Of a stretch of DNA of 46,785 nt, positions 16,877 to 25,523 are shown one piece after another. Source of the stretch: an uncultured bacterium (GTDB taxonomy: Bacteria > Bacillota_I > Bacilli_A > RF39 > UBA660). Below the pieces are notes generated by a model, which was not told where the DNA came from, searched no databases, and saw only the letters and a program-made list of their open reading frames with translations. Numbering within the stretch: position 1 is the first letter of the stretch; each line of letters starts with the position of its first letter. The stretch covers positions 1 through 46,785 of the forward strand of contig CASFCU010000059.1 in assembly GCA_949293285.1 (NCBI GenBank). Direction: 5' to 3'. A program made the position numbers and the translations under genes.

Positions 16877-18262
16877 ATGTTGTTTTCCGATTTAACTTTC
16901 TTATTTTTATTTTTTCCAGCTTTTTTAATTTGCTATTTTCTAGCCAAAAAAAGAAAAACAAGAAATATTATTTTACTTATTTTCTCTTTAGCATTTTATG
17001 CTTATGGAGAACCAGTATATGTATTTCTAATGTTATTTTCTATAATAGGGAATTTCTTTTTAGCAAAGAAAATCGATTCATGCAAGAATAAAGAAAAAAG
17101 AAAAAAAGTCTTTATTATGACCATTTTTTTAAATATTTTATTACTTGTAATATTTAAATACACCGGATTTCTAATCGATTCCTTTAATAAAATTTTTAGT
17201 TTAAATATAACGATACCTAATATTTTATTACCGATTGGAATCAGTTTTTATACCTTTCAAATTATGTCTTATGTGATAAGCGTATATAAAAAAGAAGTTA
17301 CTGCTCAAAAAAACATAATCAATCTAGGATGTTACATCACAGCATTTCCACAACTAATAGCAGGACCTATTGTTAGATATGAAACGGTAAGTGAAGAATT
17401 AGAAAAAAGAGAAGAAAATATTACTGATTTTAGTTATGGTATTAGAAGATTTATCATAGGTTTAGCCAAAAAAGTGTTAATTGCAGACTATCTAGGGTAT
17501 GTAGCAAGTAGTATCTTTTCAACTGGAGAAGTGGGCTTTTTACCAGCTTGGTTAGGGATGATTTCTTATGCACTTCAAATTTACTATGACTTTTCTGGAT
17601 ACAGTGATATGGCCATAGGATTGGGTAGAATGATGGGCTTCCACTTCTTAGAGAATTTTAATTATCCATATGTTGCCAAAAGCATCACTGAATTTTGGAG
17701 AAGATGGCATATTTCTCTTTCTAGCTTTTTTAAAGATTATGTATATATTCCACTAGGAGGGAACAGAGTTTCTAAACGAAAGCTAGTAAGAAATCTTTTA
17801 ATTGTTTGGGCTTTAACAGGACTATGGCATGGTGCTAGTTGGAATTTCATTCTATGGGGATTATACTACGGGATTATATTAATCATAGAAAAATTCTTCC
17901 TAAAAAAATATCTTGATAAAATTCCAAGTATTCTATCTCATATATATGCATTGATTATCATCATTATCGGTTGGGTAATATTCAATAATGAAAGCCTTCC
18001 AACCATGCTCGATATATTAAAATCGATGTTTATGTTAAATGGGTTAGGTAATATTGATTATATAAAGTATCTTCAATTACTGGATATAAAATATATATTA
18101 GCAATTGTATTAGGGGCAATATTTGCTTTCCCTGTAGCAAAAAATTTGCTAAATAATAATCATAAGTATTTAAAAGATACATTGCTAATCATTTTATTCT
18201 TAATATCTATCATATCAATATTAAATTCAACATATAGTCCTTTTATCTACTTTAGATTTTAG
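16877..18262 (+). CDS. MBOAT-family membrane O-acyltransferase (AlgI/DltB-like)
   Basis: Polytopic protein with FWRRWHISLSSFFKDYVYIPLGGNR and GLWHGASWNF (the conserved MBOAT His region). Confidence 0.9.
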   Translation: MLFSDLTFLFLFFPAFLICYFLAKKRKTRNIILLIFSLAFYAYGEPVYVFLMLFSIIGNFFLAKKIDSCKNKEKRKKVFIMTIFLNILLLVIFKYTGFLIDSFNKIFSLNITIPNILLPIGISFYTFQIMSYVISVYKKEVTAQKNIINLGCYITAFPQLIAGPIVRYETVSEELEKREENITDFSYGIRRFIIGLAKKVLIADYLGYVASSIFSTGEVGFLPAWLGMISYALQIYYDFSGYSDMAIGLGRMMGFHFLENFNYPYVAKSITEFWRRWHISLSSFFKDYVYIPLGGNRVSKRKLVRNLLIVWALTGLWHGASWNFILWGLYYGIILIIEKFFLKKYLDKIPSILSHIYALIIIIIGWVIFNNESLPTMLDILKSMFMLNGLGNIDYIKYLQLLDIKYILAIVLGAIFAFPVAKNLLNNNHKYLKDTLLIILFLISIISILNSTYSPFIYFRF

Positions 18263-18343
18263 TAATAGAAACTGCCTGACTGTTATATTTGACAAAATAT
18301 CTATTTTATAAGATAATAATAATCGTAAGGGATTGGTGATAAG

Positions 18344-18682
18344 ATGTATCAAGAACAATTTAATTTATCTCCTAAAGACATATTAGAAAAAGAATTCAAA
18401 ATTGATACTAGGGGATATCGATTAAAAGAAGTGGACCAATATTTAGATCTTATTATTGGAGACTATGAACAATTCTTTAAAATCCTTAAACAATACGACA
18501 AAGAAAAAGAAGAACTATTAGATGAGATAATGAACTTGAAACAGGAAATTCGTAACTTAAAAATGAGCATAGAGATAGCAAAAGCTTCTGATAGTGATGA
18601 TACTAGTAAAACTATTTCTAATGTCGATGTAATAAGAAGATTATCTCAACTTGAAAAAATTGTGTATGGCAAAGATGAATAA
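18344..18682 (+). CDS. gpsB: Cell-cycle protein GpsB (DivIVA-domain)
   Basis: LSPKDILEKEFKIDTRGYRLKEVDQYLDLIIGDYE followed by a coiled coil. gpsB-rnpB adjacency matches B. subtilis. Confidence 0.85.
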   Translation: MYQEQFNLSPKDILEKEFKIDTRGYRLKEVDQYLDLIIGDYEQFFKILKQYDKEKEELLDEIMNLKQEIRNLKMSIEIAKASDSDDTSKTISNVDVIRRLSQLEKIVYGKDE

Positions 18683-19035
18683 TATTTTGGCAAACGCTAT
18701 ATTGATATAATATAGAGGAAAGTCCATGCTCACACAAACTGAAATGTTTGTAGTGTTTGTGCTAGAGGAAAAAATAACTCTAGGTAGCCTTTTGGCTAAC
18801 GGCAATGAAATAGTCTAAGTCAAACAGGATATGACTAAAGTAGTTATAAAGTGTCATAGTGACGAAGAAGCTGGAAACGGCGGAAGTGGAACGTGATAAA
18901 CCCCGCAAGTGAGAAACTCAAATATTGGTAGAGGAGCCTTAACAAAGGAATCAAACGGAGTTAAGGACTAACGAGAGTTAGTAGATAAATGTTTGCCACC
19001 TAGAAATAGGAACAGAACATGGCTTATAAAATATT
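18683..19035 (+). ncRNA. rnpB: RNase P RNA, bacterial type B
   Basis: GAGGAAAGTCCATGCTCACAC, AGTGACGAAG, GTGGAACGTGATAAACCCCGCAAGTGAGAAACTCAAATATTGGTAGAGGAGCC and GGAACAGAACATGGCTTA closely track B. subtilis RNase P RNA. P1 pairs AATATTTT with AAAATATT. Ends are accurate to about +/-5 nt. Confidence 0.95.
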
Positions 19036-19055
19036 ATTTTAATTGAGGTGTTTAT

Positions 19056-19565
19056 GTGAAAGAACTTGGTGAATATTTAAAAGAAACAAGAGAAAGCAAC
19101 GGAGTAAGCATAGAGGAAGTAAGTGATGATTTAAAAATAGACAGTTTTCTTCTAGAAAGTCTAGAAGAAGGGAATATACGAGCGTTTAAAGATGTGTTAA
19201 GTATAAAAGAAAAAGTAAAAGAATATGCAAAATATCTAGGATTGAATCCGGAAGAAATTGCTGATGAATTTAATGATTTTTTATTCGAACACACCTCTAA
19301 AATATCACTTTCTGATATATTAGAAGCAGAAAAAGAAAAAAATAAAACAAAACAAGAAGAAACAAAAAAAGTGTCTTCACCATATACTTTAGTAAAACAA
19401 AAAAAGATAAATAAAAAAGCTATATACATAGTTTTTTCTTCAATTCTAGTCTTCATCTTATTAATTCTCATAGTAATAAATATAATAAGACCAAAGGAAG
19501 AAAAAATAACTAATGAATTATTAAGTAAGAAAGGAAAATTTGAATATTATGAATTTGCCTACTAA
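19056..19565 (+). CDS. rodZ: RodZ-like HTH membrane protein
   Basis: GTG start 8 nt after GAGGTG. The N-terminal HTH is LGEYLKETRESNGVSIEEVSDDLKI, followed by a charged linker and a single TM. It lies upstream of pgsA, as ymfM (rodZ) does in B. subtilis. The extracellular domain is absent or short. Confidence 0.65.
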   Translation: MKELGEYLKETRESNGVSIEEVSDDLKIDSFLLESLEEGNIRAFKDVLSIKEKVKEYAKYLGLNPEEIADEFNDFLFEHTSKISLSDILEAEKEKNKTKQEETKKVSSPYTLVKQKKINKKAIYIVFSSILVFILLILIVINIIRPKEEKITNELLSKKGKFEYYEFAY

Positions 19566-20142
19566 ACTAACCGTTGCTAGGATTCTTTTATCGATAGTGC
19601 TGATAATATTGCTTTGTTTTCCATTTTATGAAGTTGGAATAGAGTTTTCAGTTATTACGATAAAAAATGTTGATTTGGATATAAAATACATCATTGCTGG
19701 AGTCATTTTTATAATAGCAAGTCTAACAGATTTCTTGGATGGACACATTGCTAGAAAAAAGGGACTAATTACCAATACTGGGAAAATGTTAGATGCAATT
19801 GCGGATAAAGTACTAGTAAATTCTGTATTAATTATTTTAGCTTCATTAAATGAAATCAACGCCATAATTCCAGTAGTAATTGTTCTAAGAGATATACTGG
19901 TGAATGCTATAAAAATGGAAGCAGCTTCTCATGGTAAAGTAGTAGCTGCTATAGGTAGTGGGAAATTAAAAACAGCTTCATTAATGATAGGAGTTGCTCT
20001 AATATTTTTTGGAAATTTACCATTTGAATTTATAGGGTTAAATGTTGCAGAACTATTCTTGTATTTTGCAACGATTATGTCTATTATATCAATGATACAG
20101 TATTATAATATTAATAAAAAATTAATAATCGAAGAAAAGTAG
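19540..20142 (+). CDS. pgsA: CDP-diacylglycerol--glycerol-3-phosphate 3-phosphatidyltransferase
   Basis: CDP-alcohol phosphotransferase motif DFLDGHIARKKGLITNTGKMLDAIADK. The start is either TTG 19540 or ATG 19549. Confidence 0.9.
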   Translation: MNIMNLPTKLTVARILLSIVLIILLCFPFYEVGIEFSVITIKNVDLDIKYIIAGVIFIIASLTDFLDGHIARKKGLITNTGKMLDAIADKVLVNSVLIILASLNEINAIIPVVIVLRDILVNAIKMEAASHGKVVAAIGSGKLKTASLMIGVALIFFGNLPFEFIGLNVAELFLYFATIMSIISMIQYYNINKKLIIEEK

Positions 20143-20213
20143 CTTTGAAAAGATAAGAATTCTTTATAAGAATTTTTATTTTTTTGTAAAAAAAGGGAAG
20201 AAAAAAGCAATAA

Positions 20214-20227
20214 CAAACAATTGTTCG
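20214..20227. promoter_or_regulatory. LexA (DinR/Cheo) SOS box upstream of recA
   Basis: CAAACAATTGTTCG versus the Firmicute consensus CGAAC-N4-GTTCG. There is one mismatch in the left half. It abuts the -35 element. Confidence 0.6.
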
Positions 20228-20235
20228 AAAAACTA

Positions 20236-20264
20236 TTGCAATTTTGAAATACATAGTGTATTAT
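20236..20264 (+). promoter_or_regulatory. sigma-A promoter of recA
   Basis: TTGCAA (20236-20241), a 17-nt spacer, then TATTAT (20259-20264). Confidence 0.55.
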
Positions 20265-20295
20265 TAAAATGTAAGTAAAAATGTGGAGGTAATTT

Positions 20296-21318
20296 ATGAA
20301 CAAAATGACAGATAAGGAGAAGACATTAGAACAAGTATTAAGTGATATTGAAAAACAATTTGGAAAAGGATCAATTATGAGATTAGGAGAGAGCAAACAT
20401 ATGGAAGTAGATGTTTGTCCTAGTGGATCCTTATCTTTAGATATAGCTTTAGGAGTTGGAGGCTATCCCAAAGGAAGGATTATTGAAATATATGGTCCCG
20501 AATCGAGTGGTAAAACCACTTTTGCACTTCATGCTATTGCTGAAGTACAAAAAATGGGAGGACGTGCAGCTTTTATTGATGCCGAGCATGCATTAGATCC
20601 AGCATATGCAAAAAATCTTGGAGTAAATATTAATGAACTACTACTATCTCAACCAGATACTGGTGAACAAGCCTTGGAAATATGTGAAGCTTTAGTAAGG
20701 AGTGAAGCAGTAAGTATTATCGTAATCGATTCGGTAGCAGCACTAGTTCCTCAGGCCGAAATAGACGGAGAAATGGGAGATTCACATGTCGGATTACAAG
20801 CAAGATTAATGAGCCAAGCTTTAAGAAAGTTGTCTGGAGCAATAAACAAAACCAAGACGATTGCTATATTTATTAATCAATTACGTGAAAAAGTAGGGGT
20901 AATGTTTGGTAATCCAGAAACTACTCCTGGAGGTAGGGCTTTAAAATTTTATTCTACGATTAGACTTGAAGTAAGAAGAAGTGAACAATTAAAAATAGGA
21001 GAAGGAATTGTTGGAAATAAAACAACTGTCAAAGTGGTTAAAAATAAAGTTGCCCCTCCATTTAAAAGTGCAGTAGTAGATATTATGTACGGAGAAGGAG
21101 TATCTCACGAAGGGGAATTAATTGATTTAGCTGTTAATGCAAATATCATTGAAAAAAGTGGAGCCTGGTTTTCTTACAATGGTGAAAAAATAGGACAAGG
21201 AAAAGAAAACGTTAAACTCCTACTTAAAGAAAAAAAAGATTTGTGCAAAGAAATAGAGGAGAAAACGAGAGAGTTTTATGGAATAGCTAAAAAGGAATCT
21301 AAAAAAACTGAAAAATAA
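20296..21318 (+). CDS. recA: Recombinase RecA
   Basis: [12 protein letters not shown] Walker [11 protein letters not shown], and full-length RecA similarity. Confidence 0.98.
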   Translation: MNKMTDKEKTLEQVLSDIEKQFGKGSIMRLGESKHMEVDVCPSGSLSLDIALGVGGYPKGRIIEIYGPESSGKTTFALHAIAEVQKMGGRAAFIDAEHALDPAYAKNLGVNINELLLSQPDTGEQALEICEALVRSEAVSIIVIDSVAALVPQAEIDGEMGDSHVGLQARLMSQALRKLSGAINKTKTIAIFINQLREKVGVMFGNPETTPGGRALKFYSTIRLEVRRSEQLKIGEGIVGNKTTVKVVKNKVAPPFKSAVVDIMYGEGVSHEGELIDLAVNANIIEKSGAWFSYNGEKIGQGKENVKLLLKEKKDLCKEIEEKTREFYGIAKKESKKTEK

Positions 21319-21324
21319 TATAAA

Positions 21325-21356
21325 AAATTCTAAATTTCACATAATTTAGAATTTTT
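21325..21356. terminator. Bidirectional terminator between recA and the convergent lipoprotein gene
   Basis: AAATTCTAAATT (21325-21336) pairs with AATTTAGAATTT (21343-21354). It is flanked by A and T runs. Confidence 0.7.
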
Positions 21357-21786
21357 ATTTACAAGTATAACCGTCATTTTTACTAATCATTTTGAATTCA
21401 TCGATCGTAGTTTCACTCGTATAAGGAAAAATATTTTTAAAATCAGAATCTAAATTTTTCAATTTCTCAGAAATATCTTTTGTTTTTCCGTTATAGTATA
21501 CGGTCAATATATTATCCTCGACTTCAATATTTGCAGCAAATCCAAGCATTTCGTATATATATATCATCAGTTCAGAAGATTTTTCACTTTCTAAAGCAAG
21601 TTCCGAATTTTCATACATTTGAGCCATTTCTCCACTTATCTCATACAATTTACCATCTTGAAAAATACCGGTTAAAACCTCCTTTGAACTAGCATTATTT
21701 TTTGTACAAACTATTTTATTAGAATCACAACCAGTTAGTAATAAAAGGATAAGAAAAGAAGAGAAACACAAAAAAATCTTTTTCAT
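21355..21786 (-). CDS. Lipoprotein of unknown function
   Basis: Signal peptide with the lipobox LLLTGC. 143 aa. Confidence 0.7.
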   Translation of the reverse strand: MKKIFLCFSSFLILLLLTGCDSNKIVCTKNNASSKEVLTGIFQDGKLYEISGEMAQMYENSELALESEKSSELMIYIYEMLGFAANIEVEDNILTVYYNGKTKDISEKLKNLDSDFKNIFPYTSETTIDEFKMISKNDGYTCK

Positions 21787-21935
21787 AAGTAAGCCTACAA
21801 ATTAGTTCTATAGCAATTATAATCCAAGAGACTAATTCCTTTCTATGATATAAACACAGCTCATTTTTAACTGTTTCTAATTAGAATTATACCAGAGCAA
21901 TAAAACAGTGACAATATAACTTTTAAAAAATTACT

Positions 21936-21964
21936 TTGACATTATTAGTAAAACAACCTACAAT
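21936..21964 (+). promoter_or_regulatory. sigma-A promoter of rny
   Basis: TTGACA (21936-21941), a 17-nt spacer, then TACAAT (21959-21964). Confidence 0.6.
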
Positions 21965-22023
21965 AGAATTAGTGATATTAACTATGTGTTTAATATACAA
22001 AATTAGAAAATGGAGGTAAGTAT

Positions 22024-23574
22024 ATGATGATATTATTCTCTATTTTGCTAGTTGTGGTTGGAATATCAACAGGTTTTTTGATAGGATATTATGTAATAAA
22101 TACAAAATTTAATAATTCTTCTAAAAAAGCCGAAGAGATTATTGAAAACGCCAAAAAAGATGCTGAAAAAACAAAAAGAGATTCATTATTCGAACTAAAA
22201 GAAGAACTACATAAATTAAAACTTGAAACAGACAAAGAAATAAAAGAGAAAAAAGAAGAACTTAAAGTGTCTGAGGATAGATTAATTCAAAGGGAAACAA
22301 ATCTAGACAAACGTGATGAATTATTTCAAAAAAGAGAATTATCTTTAGAAGAAAAAGAAAAAAATATTTTAGAATCTCAAAAAGATATCCAAGCAGAATA
22401 TGCAAAAATTGAAGAATTAAAACAAGAACAATTAGAACAGTTGACTAAAATTTCTAAACTAAGCAAGGAAGAAGCTAAAAACCAGATTATGAAAAGAGTA
22501 GAAGAGTCAATGTCTAAAGAGATAGCTGTCTACATCAAGGAAAAAGAAGATGAAGCAAAAATAGAAGTGGATAAAAAGGCAAAAAATTTGCTTGCAATAT
22601 CTATGCAAAGATATGCGGCAGATTTAGCAAATGAACAAACGGTAACGGTTGTAACGTTACCCGATGATGAACTAAAAGGAAGAATTATTGGAAGAGAAGG
22701 TAGAAATATCAGAACAATTGAAGCCATTACTGGGGTAGATTTAATTATAGATGATACTCCAGAAGCAGTAGTTTTATCCAGTTTTGATCCTTTGAGAAGA
22801 GAAATTGCAAGATTAACATTAGAGAATTTACTAAAAGATGGAAGAATTCATCCAACTAGGATTGAAGAAATATACGACAAAGTAAGCAAAGAAATGAAAC
22901 AAAAAATAATAGAATATGGAAATGATGCCCTATTTGAATTAGGAATAACAAAAGTAGATTCGGCCTTAATTGAGATTATAGGAAAGCTTCATTTTAGGAC
23001 TAGCTATGGGCAAAATGCTTTGGAGCATTCAAAAGAAGTAGCTCACTTAGCAGGATTACTTGCTAGTGAATTAGGTGAAAATGCTATGCTTGCTAAAAGA
23101 GCAGGATTACTTCATGACCTTGGAAAAGCAATTGATCACGAAATAGAAGGTAGTCATGTGGAAATAGGAGTAGATTTAGCTAAGAAATTCAATGAACATG
23201 AAGTAGTAATTAATTCAATAGCTTCACACCATGGAGACACAGAAGCCAAATCTACTATAGCAGTGATTGTAGCCATTGCTGATGCTCTTTCTGCATCACG
23301 TCCGGGAGCAAGAAATGATTCTTTAGAGAATTATATAAAAAGGTTAGAACAATTAGAAAGTGTTGCAAACGAGATGCCCGGAGTAGAAAAAACTTACGCA
23401 GTTCAAGCTGGTAGAGAATTAAGAGTAGTTGTAAAACCAGAAGAAGTAGACGATTTAGGAGCTCATAAAATTGCAAGGGACGTAAAAGAAAAAATCGAAT
23501 CTACTATGCAATATCCAGGTACAATTAAAGTAACTGTTATTAGAGAAACAAGGGCTCAAGAAGAAGCCAAATAA
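22024..23574 (+). CDS. rny: Ribonuclease Y
   Basis: N-terminal TM, coiled coil, KH domain ([12 protein letters not shown]) and HD domain (LLHDLGKA...HH). Confidence 0.97.
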   Translation: MMILFSILLVVVGISTGFLIGYYVINTKFNNSSKKAEEIIENAKKDAEKTKRDSLFELKEELHKLKLETDKEIKEKKEELKVSEDRLIQRETNLDKRDELFQKRELSLEEKEKNILESQKDIQAEYAKIEELKQEQLEQLTKISKLSKEEAKNQIMKRVEESMSKEIAVYIKEKEDEAKIEVDKKAKNLLAISMQRYAADLANEQTVTVVTLPDDELKGRIIGREGRNIRTIEAITGVDLIIDDTPEAVVLSSFDPLRREIARLTLENLLKDGRIHPTRIEEIYDKVSKEMKQKIIEYGNDALFELGITKVDSALIEIIGKLHFRTSYGQNALEHSKEVAHLAGLLASELGENAMLAKRAGLLHDLGKAIDHEIEGSHVEIGVDLAKKFNEHEVVINSIASHHGDTEAKSTIAVIVAIADALSASRPGARNDSLENYIKRLEQLESVANEMPGVEKTYAVQAGRELRVVVKPEEVDDLGAHKIARDVKEKIESTMQYPGTIKVTVIRETRAQEEAK

Positions 23575-23584
23575 TACAACAAAA

Positions 23585-23610
23585 ATTACTAGGACTCTAG
23601 TAATTTTTTT
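23585..23610 (+). terminator. Rho-independent terminator after rny
   Basis: ATTACTAG (23585-23592) pairs with CTAGTAAT (23597-23604). T6 follows. Confidence 0.7.
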
Positions 23611-23685
23611 ATAGATGGCCGATAATAAATAGAAAAAATTTATATAAGAGAATAAAAAGAATGCCTTTATAAGTATAAGCATTCT

Positions 23686-25359
23686 TTATTTTTTGATATC
23701 CAATATTACTGGCAAAATAATTGGTTTCCTTCCTGTTAGTTCGTAAATATAAGGAAACAACTCCGTAGTAATTTGGCTTTTAATATCATTAAATGTGACA
23801 TTTGGTTCTTTCAATTTTTCTACTATAACCTTTTCTGCAATTGATTCTATCTTTTTTATTAAAGCTTCATTTTCATTAATCAAAACGAATCCTCGCGTAG
23901 TAATATTAGGATGAATTAAAAGTTCACGTTTTTTCATATCGATATTTGCAATAACAACCAATATTCCATCACTGGCCATAATTTTTCTATCACGAAGGAC
24001 AGCACTATTAATTTCACCCAATCTATTTCCATCTACATATATATCACTGGCAGTAACTGGTGTTGATTTAGTAATTACATGTTTATGAAGACTTAAAACA
24101 TCACCATTTTGAAGCACGAAGGTATTTTCCTTAGGAATTCCACACTCTACACCCAAATTAGCATGACTTTTCAACATTCTATAGTCACCATGGAAAGGCA
24201 TTAAATACTTAGGTTTAATAAGTCGAATCATCAATTTCAATTCCTCCATATTAGCATGTCCTGAAGTATGTATCTCATTTAACGAAGTATTAGTATATAC
24301 TTTAACTCCTTGTAGATAAAGCTTATTAATAGTATTTCCAATAGACAGTGCATTACCAGGAATTGGAGATGATGAAAATACGACAATATCATCTGGTCTT
24401 AACTTAATTTGTTTATGGGTCCCATTAGCAATTCTAGATAAAGCAGCTAAAGGTTCTCCTTGAGATCCCGTGCAAAGGATAGCAACTTCACCTGGTTTTA
24501 AACTATTTGCTTCTTCTGGTTCAATTAAAATATCAGAATGGTTTATATACCCACCTTCAATAGATATTTTTATATTATTTTCCATACTTCTACCGAAAAC
24601 ACAAATTTTTCTACCATGATTATAACAAGTTTCAATGATATGTTTCAACCTATAAATATTAGAAGCAAACGTAGCAATAATAATTCTTCTAGTAATATAT
24701 TTATCAAATATATCATTTAGTGCATTATCCACCTTAGTTTCACTAATACTTATCCCTTCATTTAAGGCATTTGTAGAATCACTAATTAAAAGATCCACTC
24801 CTTTTTCACCAATTCTGGCCATTTTATGAATATCAGCCATTGGTCCAATAGGGGTAAAATCAAACTTAAAGTCACCGGTAGTTACAATATTACCATCTGG
24901 CGTCTTTACAAGTATCCCATGTGAATCAGGAATGGAATGTGTTGTTCTGAAAAATTCTACTTGAATATTTTTAAACTTTAAAACAGTTTGATCATTATAA
25001 ACGAATAAATTATCATATCTAATATTTTTATCTTGCAATTTCAATGCAATTAATTCTTTGGCTTGGTTAGGTGCATATATTGCTGGAATTTCTAGTGATT
25101 GAACTAAAAAAGGAATCCCGCCAATATGATCTTCATGACCATGAGTTATTATCAAAGCTTTAATCTTTTCCTGATTCTGCTTTAAAAAAGAAAAATCTGG
25201 TAATATATAATCTATTCCAAGAAGACCACCTTCTGGAAAACTAATACCTGAATCAATAATAATAATTTCATTACCATGCATTACACAATACATGTTTTTA
25301 CCGACTTCACCCAAACCACCTAAAATAATAATTTTAGTATCGTTTGTTTTCTTATTCAT
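23686..25359 (-). CDS. rnj: Ribonuclease J
   Basis: Metallo-beta-lactamase / beta-CASP protein with THGHEDHIGG. The start is set at MNKKTNDTK, after AAAGGAG. Confidence 0.95.
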   Translation of the reverse strand: MNKKTNDTKIIILGGLGEVGKNMYCVMHGNEIIIIDSGISFPEGGLLGIDYILPDFSFLKQNQEKIKALIITHGHEDHIGGIPFLVQSLEIPAIYAPNQAKELIALKLQDKNIRYDNLFVYNDQTVLKFKNIQVEFFRTTHSIPDSHGILVKTPDGNIVTTGDFKFDFTPIGPMADIHKMARIGEKGVDLLISDSTNALNEGISISETKVDNALNDIFDKYITRRIIIATFASNIYRLKHIIETCYNHGRKICVFGRSMENNIKISIEGGYINHSDILIEPEEANSLKPGEVAILCTGSQGEPLAALSRIANGTHKQIKLRPDDIVVFSSSPIPGNALSIGNTINKLYLQGVKVYTNTSLNEIHTSGHANMEELKLMIRLIKPKYLMPFHGDYRMLKSHANLGVECGIPKENTFVLQNGDVLSLHKHVITKSTPVTASDIYVDGNRLGEINSAVLRDRKIMASDGILVVIANIDMKKRELLIHPNITTRGFVLINENEALIKKIESIAEKVIVEKLKEPNVTFNDIKSQITTELFPYIYELTGRKPIILPVILDIKK

Positions 25360-25523
25360 ATTTTCTCCTTTCATTTTTTTTGCAAAGAACTAACTATGAA
25401 ATTATACTATGAAATATTTTTTTTGTCTATATTTTTGTTAAAAGTCAGAGAAAAGTAATAATCAATGCAGTAAAATTTTGTTAAATATCATTTTATAAAA
25501 AAAGAATTGATATGTATCAACTC

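Noticed and set aside
19052-19471. 139-aa minus-strand ORF antisense to the rodZ-like gene, and similar antisense ORFs at 4043-4318, 6375-6845, 8492-8827, 9254-9469, 12356-12544, 13871-14068, 19626-19865, 20103-20396, 21480-21692, 22530-22727, 23255-23682, 24538-24720, 25714-25917, 26504-26710, 27767-27952, 28671-28856, 29722-31185, 31525-31719, 33998-34186, 37816-38900, 41137-41325, 41774-42247, 43184-43549, 43968-44201 and 46256-46441
   Set aside because: All lie fully inside or opposite confidently identified genes. They have low-complexity, Ser/Phe/Leu/Ile-rich translations typical of the antisense frame of AT-rich coding DNA, and they lack an RBS.
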